Of a DNA stretch of 64,000 nucleotides, positions 54,966 to 63,300 are shown one piece after another. Each line of letters starts with the position of its first letter. Positions within the stretch are counted from its first letter, which is position 1. The notes under the pieces were generated by a model that saw only the letters and a list, made by a program, of their open reading frames with translations, searched no databases and had not been told where the DNA came from. This stretch comes from Candidatus Nanohalarchaeota archaeon (GTDB taxonomy: Archaea > Nanohalarchaeota > Nanosalinia > Nanosalinales > JAFCCC01): assembly GCA_017610385.1 (NCBI GenBank), contig JAFCCC010000004.1, positions 2,863 to 66,862 on the forward strand, in the 5' to 3' direction. Made by a program: the position numbers and the translations under genes.

Positions 54966-55415
54966 TTAAGAAGTAGTTATTGATGTTTCTTCATCAATTA
55001 AATTTGGACAATCGGGAGTTGTGATTGTTATTTTATCTGGCAAACTTGAAATAGAGGTTATTGTTATGGTTTTTATATCTGCGGATTGTAATGTTCCTGA
55101 GTTCTCATTTCCTTCCTGAACTCCAGACCGATATACATAAACATTTACGTCTGTTAAATCTATTGCACCAGTATTTGCTATAGAAACTAGCATTCGATCA
55201 TTTGTATCATCCCACACGGCATCATAAATCGCAATCCCCGCATAAGAACAAGAAATAACCTGATTAGATCTATTACCCACATTTTCAGTTTGTTCTTTTG
55301 TAAATGTCGTTAACCAAGCAGTTAATATTGCTGCTACAGCCATTGTAAATGCTATAAGAAGTACTGCAGCAATTAAAGGAGATACACCCTTTTGTTTATT
55401 CATGATTCGCCTCAT
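54966..55415 (-). CDS. Archaeal pilin (DUF1628/arch_flag_Nterm-type signal)
   Basis: ..MNKQKG|VSPLIAAVLLIAFTMAVAAILTAWL. Its stop codon directly abuts the gatE stop. Confidence 0.75.
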   Translation of the reverse strand: MRRIMNKQKGVSPLIAAVLLIAFTMAVAAILTAWLTTFTKEQTENVGNRSNQVISCSYAGIAIYDAVWDDTNDRMLVSIANTGAIDLTDVNVYVYRSGVQEGNENSGTLQSADIKTITITSISSLPDKITITTPDCPNLIDEETSITTS

Positions 55416-55449
55416 ATTATAAGTTACGAAAGTTTGTATATAAAACTAT

Positions 55450-55743
55450 CTACTCTTTAATCTTGTCCTTAAGGAACTCTATTTCGTCTGTAAGAACTTT
55501 CTGGTTCTTTTCTAGCAATTCTACGGAATGAAGGATCTCATTTGTCAGTTTTTCAAAATTCTGACGCTGTACTACTTCCTTACCCAAAAGTTTTTCATAC
55601 TTTTCCTTATCATTGCTTTGCACAGTCTCTAAATTACATTCTAATTCATTTAGCTTACTAAACATATCTTTTTCAAATTTTTCCAAGTTTTTTTTAACGA
55701 ACTTAAGTTCCCGTCTTCTTCTTTTTTTAAATAAAAATGTCAT
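55450..55743 (-). CDS. Small coiled-coil protein
   Basis: 97 aa, basic N-terminus (KKRRRRELKF) then heptad-like sequence. TAATG overlap with the upstream gene. Confidence 0.5.
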   Translation of the reverse strand: MTFLFKKRRRRELKFVKKNLEKFEKDMFSKLNELECNLETVQSNDKEKYEKLLGKEVVQRQNFEKLTNEILHSVELLEKNQKVLTDEIEFLKDKIKE

Positions 55744-56924
55744 TACATCCCCATCTTTTCAAGAAGCATTTCAATTAATTCTGCGTTCTTTTGTTTAGTA
55801 TCTTCAAAAGCATTTTTTAGTTTATTTATTTCTCCTTTACCTGCTTTTGTAATTTCCAAATCCCTTAACTTATCTTTGTATTTATGCAATTCATATTTCT
55901 TTAGTTCTTTAAGTGTCTCACGCAATTCTTTTTCTATCTCGTTTAATTCAGAGATATTATCTTTAACTTTTTCTTGATCACTTTCAATGGAAAATACCTT
56001 AACCATTAATTGTTCTAGTTTATTGTTCATCTCTAATAGTTGTAAATTCCGTTTTTCGAATGCCTCTTGAGTATCTTTTAAGACTTGTTCTGTATGTTTT
56101 TCTTGTTCTTGTACTGTTGGTAACTCACGGGTTCTTTCATCAACATCTTTAATATTAATCTTAATTTTAGAACAATCTGCCTTGGTGCTTTGTAATTCGT
56201 GTTTGAAATCCTTTAAAAGGTCTTTGATAGCAAGAACTTGTGCTGCGGTTTTTCCATTTTCAGTTAGTTTATTCCAGATTAATTCATAAGATTGCTTTAA
56301 TCTATCAAATGCAGGAGTCATAACAAAATCTGTTTCAATTCTATTTTTTAACTCATCAAATTCTTCTCTAAACTTCTTGGCCCACAATAAGCTCATTTGT
56401 AATTCTTCTTCTTTTTTATCTAGTGTAGAAATTGAACCCATCATTTTTTTCTGAGTTTCTATTATTTCAAAGACTTTCCCAGAAACTCCTTCTAAATCTT
56501 CTCTTTGTTTTTTCGATAGTTGATATTGTTCTTCTAGCTCTGCACTGTATTTTTCAATCTTTCTATCTAATTCATAAACTTCTGCCTTTGAAAAATCTTG
56601 ATTTTCTTCTAATTTAATTATTCTCTGAACGAATTCAACATTTAATTTACTCTCTAAATTATGCAGAGTCTCTGTCAAAACAGCTATTTTTCGCATAGTT
56701 TCAGCTTCTGTTGTTTCTGATGTTCTAAATTCCTCATTGACTTTTTGTTTAAAGTCATCTGTACTTTTAACTAATTCCCAGATTTCTGAACGAAGTTCTT
56801 CTGATTCTTTGACATTTTTGTCTATTTTAGAAGTATATAAAACCCCTTTTTCTTCTAATTTCTTTTCAAAGTTCTGCCCAATTATTTCTATCTTCTGATT
56901 AATTGTTTGCTGTAAATTACCCAT
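55743..56924 (-). CDS. Coiled-coil protein (probably the 3' part of a disrupted longer gene)
   Basis: 393 aa, K/E/L-rich throughout. C-terminus ..KQKNAELIEMLLEKMGM. The frame stays open upstream of its ATG (..NEHVSHLKEL-MGNLQ). Confidence 0.6.
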   Translation of the reverse strand: MGNLQQTINQKIEIIGQNFEKKLEEKGVLYTSKIDKNVKESEELRSEIWELVKSTDDFKQKVNEEFRTSETTEAETMRKIAVLTETLHNLESKLNVEFVQRIIKLEENQDFSKAEVYELDRKIEKYSAELEEQYQLSKKQREDLEGVSGKVFEIIETQKKMMGSISTLDKKEEELQMSLLWAKKFREEFDELKNRIETDFVMTPAFDRLKQSYELIWNKLTENGKTAAQVLAIKDLLKDFKHELQSTKADCSKIKINIKDVDERTRELPTVQEQEKHTEQVLKDTQEAFEKRNLQLLEMNNKLEQLMVKVFSIESDQEKVKDNISELNEIEKELRETLKELKKYELHKYKDKLRDLEITKAGKGEINKLKNAFEDTKQKNAELIEMLLEKMGM

Positions 56925-56941
56925 TAATTCTTTAAGATGAC

Positions 56942-57211
56942 TTACATGTTCATTTCCCTGTGTTCATTTCCCTGTTTTACAGAAGTATCAAATGTTTCAA
57001 TATGTTCTGATAAAGACTGAATTTTATTTCCTATTTTTATTAAATCAGTCTGTTTAGCTGCTTCAGTATCTAAATTTAATGCCTCAATTTCTCCCAACCG
57101 TTCATTTAACTCTGTCACGGTTTCCGCAAGTTTATTTGTTTCTATTTTTGAAATCCTATCAGTAATCCCGCTTACTTCTTCTTGTATTTGACCTAATTTC
57201 TTATCTGTATT
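56942..57211 (-). pseudogene. Start-less coiled-coil reading frame, the middle piece of a once-continuous ~590-aa gene (57510..55743)
   Basis: 89 sense codons, NTDKKLGQIQEEVSGITDRISKIETNKLAETVTELNERLGEIEALNLDTEAAKQTDLIKIGNKIQSLSEHIETFDTSVKQGNEHREMNM*, with no plausible start. A 14-bp tandem duplication separates it from the downstream ORF, and a 1-nt frame offset separates it from the upstream ORF. Confidence 0.6.
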
Positions 57212-57510
57212 TTAGTCAGTGTTTTAGTTTCCAAAGTAATAATTCTTTCTTTTAATTCCCTATTTTTTTCATTTACTTTATCAAAATCCTTATCTACTAG
57301 CGATAAATTCCTATTCAATTGCTCACTTAAATTAAACGTAATTCTCTTTTCTAAATCACTCAATTTTGATTCGATAGGACTTAGTTTTGAAATTCGATTT
57401 TTCAGAGATTCAATTTCTTTCTGTCTCCTGTTATCCTTAGTTTTTATACTTTCAATACTACTGGTCACCCGTTCTTTTAACTCCGTTAGATGTTTTTCAA
57501 TATCTTCCAT
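57193..57510 (-). CDS. Coiled-coil protein (probably the 5' part of the disrupted gene)
   Basis: The ATG at 57510 (MEDIEKHLTELKERV..) lies 1 nt after the upstream TAA. The track's earlier start lies inside the upstream gene. Confidence 0.5.
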   Translation of the reverse strand: MEDIEKHLTELKERVTSSIESIKTKDNRRQKEIESLKNRISKLSPIESKLSDLEKRITFNLSEQLNRNLSLVDKDFDKVNEKNRELKERIITLETKTLTKIQIRN

Positions 57511-57511
57511 T

Positions 57512-59347
57512 TTAAATCCCCATTTTATCAAGCATAGATTCAACTACTTCAGCATTCTTACGAAGTGCTCTTTCTAAAAATAGGTTGAGCTCCTTTAAAT
57601 CTTGCATGTTTGCCTTTGATTCATTAACTTGTTTGATTTCAAATTCAAATTTCTTACCCAAACTAGAATTATAATCTTTTAGTGCCACCAACCCATCTTT
57701 TAACTCTTGTTGACTTTGTTCTAATAAGAATAATTTCCCAGCCAAATTATTTATTTTGGTGTCTATTTGAACATCAATTAAACCTTTCTTTGTAAGTTCA
57801 GACTTATAATTTTCTAAAACCCGATTAAATCCTTTTTCTGAATCATTTAGTTCTTCCATTTTTCGTTCAACAGATTTAAATTGCCTTATATTTTCCTTAA
57901 TCTTAGAATATTCTTTTTCAAAGTCCCCTAGTCTTGTAGATAATATTTTTAAAGAACTTTCAATTGGTTTCTGCCGTTCCCCGATTTCTTTAGTTTCATC
58001 TAGTCTTTCTTTGAATTCTTTTAGTTTTCTGGTAATCTTTCCAACATCTTCTTTGGTAATCACATCTGAAATTTTCTCATTTAGCAAATTAGTTTGATTT
58101 TCAACAGATTTAATAGTCTTATACATAATTTCCTTGTTTAAACGCTCTAAAATAGCATTAATGTTTTCTATTCTTGATTTATTTGCTCGTTCTAATTCCA
58201 AATATGCTCTCTCAGAAATACTTCCTGTTTCAAAATCCTCCCGCGCTTTCTTCAATAGTTTCAGAATATTTCTTTTTTCACCTTCTAATTCTTCTGGACC
58301 TTCCATACTTCTAGAAAGAATCTCCATTTTTTCTTCTACTTTGCGGTCCAAATCATTGCTTTTTTCTTCTAATGCTTGCTCTAAATTTGTGATTTTTTTG
58401 GAAATACCTTTAGTTAATTTACTAATTTCCAGTTTAATTTCATCAAAAGACCCAGATAGTTCTTTCTTTTGAGATTCGTTTTGCAATTTATATTTTTCCA
58501 AACTTTTTAAGGATTCTTCTAATTCTTTTAATTTTTCAGAAATTTCTTTGGGTAATTCTTTAATTCCAATATTTTTAACTTCCTGCACCAATTGATTTTT
58601 AAATTTGTCTAAATCTGTTTTTTTGATGACATCTTCATTAAATTTTAAGTTTAATCCATCTTGTTGTTTTACTAATTCTTGAGTTAATTCATCTACTTTT
58701 TCTATGGTACTTAGGTTTTTAGTTAAATCTGCGGTTTTATTATTCACTTCCATAAAAATGCTCTCTATTTTAGCGGCAATTCTTTCATTGTATCTTTTTG
58801 TGTGCTCAATCGAATCTATATCTTCTTTAATCTTATTTGATAACTCTACTAAATTTTCTAAACTTTTTATTTTTTCAAAAGAACCCCTAATTGACTTTAA
58901 TTCATTATCAACGCTTCCAAATACTTTTTCATTTCTTTCTATTTTTGCAAAAGATTTATCCACCTCTAAATTTAATTTTTCAATTTTCATTGCAAATTTT
59001 TCTGGGGAAACCTCTTCCATAATTTCTTTAAATTTATCTATATTGAGTTCAATTTCTCTTTGAGATTTTTCACGATCCAAAATCATTCTTCTTAAATCTC
59101 CAATCTCTTCAGAAACTCTATTTAATCTTTCATTTACCTGAGGTCTAAAGCTATCAACTAGTTCTAACTTTCCCCCCAGCTTCTCTATTTCTATAACAAG
59201 TTTTTCTACTTGAGAATCCTCGGTTTTTAAGAAAGGAGTTTGTTTTACTGGTTCTATTTTGGTTACCTTAAATTTATTCCAGCAAGAATCACAAACACTA
59301 CCTTTTTCGTCTTTCAAATCTTTTCCACAAATAATACATTTTCTCAT
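57512..59347 (-). CDS. Zn-ribbon + long coiled-coil protein
   Basis: N-terminus MRKCIICGKDLKDEKGSVCDSCWNKF (CxxC..CxxC), then ~570 aa of heptad-like sequence. C-terminus ..LRKNAEVVESMLDKMGI. ATGA overlap with the upstream gene. Confidence 0.6.
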   Translation of the reverse strand: MRKCIICGKDLKDEKGSVCDSCWNKFKVTKIEPVKQTPFLKTEDSQVEKLVIEIEKLGGKLELVDSFRPQVNERLNRVSEEIGDLRRMILDREKSQREIELNIDKFKEIMEEVSPEKFAMKIEKLNLEVDKSFAKIERNEKVFGSVDNELKSIRGSFEKIKSLENLVELSNKIKEDIDSIEHTKRYNERIAAKIESIFMEVNNKTADLTKNLSTIEKVDELTQELVKQQDGLNLKFNEDVIKKTDLDKFKNQLVQEVKNIGIKELPKEISEKLKELEESLKSLEKYKLQNESQKKELSGSFDEIKLEISKLTKGISKKITNLEQALEEKSNDLDRKVEEKMEILSRSMEGPEELEGEKRNILKLLKKAREDFETGSISERAYLELERANKSRIENINAILERLNKEIMYKTIKSVENQTNLLNEKISDVITKEDVGKITRKLKEFKERLDETKEIGERQKPIESSLKILSTRLGDFEKEYSKIKENIRQFKSVERKMEELNDSEKGFNRVLENYKSELTKKGLIDVQIDTKINNLAGKLFLLEQSQQELKDGLVALKDYNSSLGKKFEFEIKQVNESKANMQDLKELNLFLERALRKNAEVVESMLDKMGI

Positions 59348-60363
59348 TTACTTGTTCCCACCTTCTTTTTTAATGAAGTCAAATATTCTTGGCACATTTT
59401 GTACATCCCTTTATCATATTTTTCTTTTACTAATGCCAATTCAAGTTCTAAATCACGTAATCCCTTTTTCTGAGACAGTTTTTTAAGTGCAATTTCTATA
59501 TTTTTTATTTGGTCTTTAAGTTCTGCAGGGCTTTTTTTGATTTTTTGTGATGCTTTATTTTTTAAATGCGCTTTGACACCTTTTAAATGTTCTATATTTA
59601 ATTTTCTTTTTCTTACAATAAATTTCTTTCTCCCAAAACTCAAATAAAATATCAAAAGACCTATTGCGATTATCGCTACAGAAACACCATATTTTAAAAT
59701 CTTAGACCAAAGCTCTTTATTTTCCTTAGCTTTTAGAAGTAAATCTCTTTCCTTTGCCATAAACTCTGCAGTATGATTTGAGTTCATGAGTACTCCCTCT
59801 ATTTCTTCCAATGAAATTCTAATAGATTCCAAAGAAGTATATGCTGTATCGTAGTCTTCATCTGCATAGCTTTTTTTCGCGTCATCTAATTTAGTTCCCA
59901 TTTCAAAAATCGATACTTTAATTTCATCAGAAGTTTCATTTAATAGTGATTTTAATACTTGTAATCTGCCTTCATAATACTCAATTAAACTTTTAATCTG
60001 ATTTGGGACCTGACTAACTCTTATTGTAATTTGTTTAGAATAATTTTCACTTTCCATCCCCATTAAAAGAGGATAATATCCAATTTTACTTCCAGATTTC
60101 ACTGTTATAGTAACTGACTCTGCTGTTTGCGCATTCAGAAGAATCGTTTTTTGTTTTGGTTCAATAGCTAAATCACTAGCCAAATTTAAGAGATATGCTC
60201 TTTCAATTCTATCTTGATTTAAAATCGTCAATTTAATAAAGTACGTAGAATTAGGGAGCATAATAATCTCTGATGGTGCGCTTATTATTACTTCTGCATT
60301 TGTTAAGCCAACAAAAAGAAAAAATAAAGTCAAAAAAGCCGCCAATATAGCAAGTTTATTCAT
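59344..60363 (-). CDS. Type-I membrane protein: Sec signal, Ig-like + helical ectodomain, one TM helix, ~95-aa basic cytoplasmic tail
   Basis: MNKLAILAAFLTLFFLFVGLTNA|EVI.. The TM helix YGVSVAIIAIGLLIFYLSF is followed by GRKKFIVRKRKL. The tail is homologous to the C-terminus of the upstream ATPase. Confidence 0.6.
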   Translation of the reverse strand: MNKLAILAAFLTLFFLFVGLTNAEVIISAPSEIIMLPNSTYFIKLTILNQDRIERAYLLNLASDLAIEPKQKTILLNAQTAESVTITVKSGSKIGYYPLLMGMESENYSKQITIRVSQVPNQIKSLIEYYEGRLQVLKSLLNETSDEIKVSIFEMGTKLDDAKKSYADEDYDTAYTSLESIRISLEEIEGVLMNSNHTAEFMAKERDLLLKAKENKELWSKILKYGVSVAIIAIGLLIFYLSFGRKKFIVRKRKLNIEHLKGVKAHLKNKASQKIKKSPAELKDQIKNIEIALKKLSQKKGLRDLELELALVKEKYDKGMYKMCQEYLTSLKKKVGTSK

Positions 60364-63300
60364 TATATCTTCTCCCCATAATTCTTTAGACTTTCTCTCA
60401 AACTTTCCATGTAGATTTCAGTCATTCTAAATGCCCCTGTTTTTAATTTATCTAATGCAAGTTTATACTCTAATTCAATATCTGTAACGTCCGTTCCCTT
60501 CTCTTTAATTCTCTCAATAGCCAATTCAACTTTCTTTAATTCTTCTCCGAATTTCTTGTATGTTGAAAGTTCTTGCTCAGTAATTTTGTGTGGTTCGTGC
60601 AATAGCGGTCTAAATTTAATGAAATATGGCCTTCCTTTATTGTACTTTGGGTTCTGTAACATGCCTACACCCACTTCTTCTTTTGTGACTCTCTTAGCGT
60701 AATCTTCTCCGTATTTGTCTTTTACACGACCAATATCTTCCAAAGCCTTTGTATGCATCTGAATTTCTGTTAATACATTACCTCTTAATGCTTCTTTGAA
60801 ATCTGCTAAAACCTGAGAAATCATAATTAGACCAATACCCCACTTTCTAAATTCTCTTGCAGCTTTTTCTAATGCAATATAACCGCCTTTTCCACCATAT
60901 CTTTCTAATAATCTATGAACCTCATCAAATACAATAAACATTTTTAGTTCAGTAGATTCTTCCCAAGGTTCCTTAAATATTGTACTTACAATAGAGCTTA
61001 CTGCTTGATCATATTGCCCTGGCTTTAATTTATTTAATGTAAATATCGTAATCTCACCAGGATTCATATATTTCTTAAAGTCAATATGCAAATCTGGATC
61101 AGTTACTTCGTAAATCATTCCTTTAAATGGTCTGGAATCACTTTCTTTCATTCCAAATTCTTTATATAGTTTCAATAGATTTGGGTCTTTTACTCTTTTA
61201 ACAAACCCAGTCCATTGTGCTGTTGGATCAAACACAATGATTGGAATATTTTTATTTAATAATTCTTCTACCATGACCATCGCAGATACGGATTTGCCAC
61301 TTCCTGTGGCCCCCGCAGTTATCATATGTGTACTTAAATCGGCGGAATTAAATGTGGCTTTTGTATTTGTTTCTGCTATTTTTCCCAAATACAAATCTCC
61401 TGATGGAAGTGTTTTGAAAGACATTGGGAAAATATACTTTGATTTAGACAATTTCCATTTTAAGTAATATCTCCTGCCGTAAAATGCACCCAACCCTCCC
61501 AAAATAACACCTAATATAGAAATAGCAATTATTATTCTTATAGGTGTCCAGAAGGGTTTAATTACTTCAAATATGTCTGCAGATGAAGCGGTTTTATTCT
61601 CATAGGTTGCTGTTGTTTCTATGAAATATCTACCCAAGTCAATATTTGTTAATGGTACTGATCTAACAAAGGATAATGAGGTTTCCAAAGCTAATTCTTC
61701 CTCTTGTTGCAATAAAACCTTTTCACTGTCAATTGATTTTATATTATAGGTTAAATGCACATCAAACTTCTTCTTAAATCCTAAATTATAGATGGAAGTA
61801 TGGAACTTTAAAGAACTATTTGAGGTTACGTATTTTGTTAGAGTCTCTACTTTAATATCTAATAGTGCTTCTTGTTCTGGAGTTACAAACAAGGTTACTG
61901 GAATTGTTTGTGAACTTGTCCCAACTGTTATTTTTATTTCTCCTGTATAAATTCCAGGCTGTGTTGTTGGTAATGTAAACACTTTTACTTTAAGATCTTC
62001 TGTTGTGCCACCCTTCATTGTAAATACATCTTTTTCAAGTACGATATATTCCCATACAGAACCACTTACTTCTAATTTTGTTTCTTGAGTTGTTTCTTGA
62101 TTATTTGTAATCCAAAGAGAATACATCTTACTATCTCCTGGGCTCAAAGTAGCTTCTATCAAATCTGTTTTAACTGAAAAAGAGGGTACTGCCGCTTGTT
62201 CTTTATTTAATTTATCTAATTCATCTTGTAATTGACTTAATGAAACTCCTCCTCCTCCGCTACCTCCAGAATAGCTAGTAGTGCTTCCACAAGAGCCACA
62301 GTCTTCTGAACAAGATGTGCAGGTTTCATATTGTGCGTCACATACACCATCTCCACAAACAACCATTTCTGCTACTGCATAAGCAGAGAAAGAAGTTAAT
62401 CCAGTGACTGTAATAGTTTCTGAATTTACATCAGGCGTTCCGCCAACACAAACCCAAGTAGAATTGCAGCTTCTTGAATTAAAACTCCAATCTGAGCATT
62501 TATACACTCTTAGAGAATCAACATTAGTATAACTTGTTCCTGAGAAATTCAATTGTAATGATACTCTACTTAAATTAAAGGCATTTTGAACTGATAGTAC
62601 TCTCTGAGTGCTTTTTGTACTGGTTACCCCTACGAATCTTAAAGGCACATCATCAAATTGTATGGGGTCAAGTGTATTTTCTGTAATTGGAACATCATAC
62701 AGTGTAATCCAATGATCAAATGTTCTTATTTTCAGATCGTATGTTGCATTGTATATTGAAGAGTTATAATATCCAGTTCCGTTTGTAGTTAAATTAAATT
62801 GATTATAATTTCCTTCTAAACTTTTATTTACTCTATATAATTCATAAGTAACATCTACGGTACTGTTTTGAGAATCCAAGAAATTTCCAGACAAAGTTAT
62901 CTTATTGAAGAATACTTCAAACCAACCAGTATAATTATCATAGTTTCCAGTTGTATCATTAAAGCCTAGACTATAATCATAACTGCCCAGTTCTGTGAGA
63001 TTGTATAATAACACACTCCACGTAGTATTTGTTAAATTGCTTGTAACATTTGTTAAGGTATACTTTGTTACAGTTCCATTAGGATATGTCAAATTCAAGA
63101 AAACTTGACTAACATTCACATTATCTGAAATATTTGCATAAATGGTATTGTTTTGACCGTAGATTATGTCTGGAATAGTAACATGTTCTAAAATTGGTGC
63201 AGAAATATCTCTATAGGTTATCGCATTACTTTCTATGTCTGTACGTTCAGCACCTACTGTAGCATATGTTGCTTGTAATGTAATATCATATGTTTGTGCA

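Noticed and set aside
55450-59347. Rad50/SMC-like proteins partnering HerA
   Set aside because: The coiled-coil ORFs lack Walker A/B or signature motifs at either end. The CxxC pairs are N-terminal (Zn ribbon), not a mid-coil zinc hook. No Mre11 or NurA is adjacent.
58134-59486. Plus-strand ORFs 58134..58472, 58704..59063, 59240..59473, 59259..59486 (also 56432..56617, 55613..55798, 61237..61467)
   Set aside because: They are Ser/Phe/Leu-rich mirror frames of K/E-rich coiled-coil genes on the minus strand. The minus-strand genes are linked by start/stop overlaps, which supports that strand.
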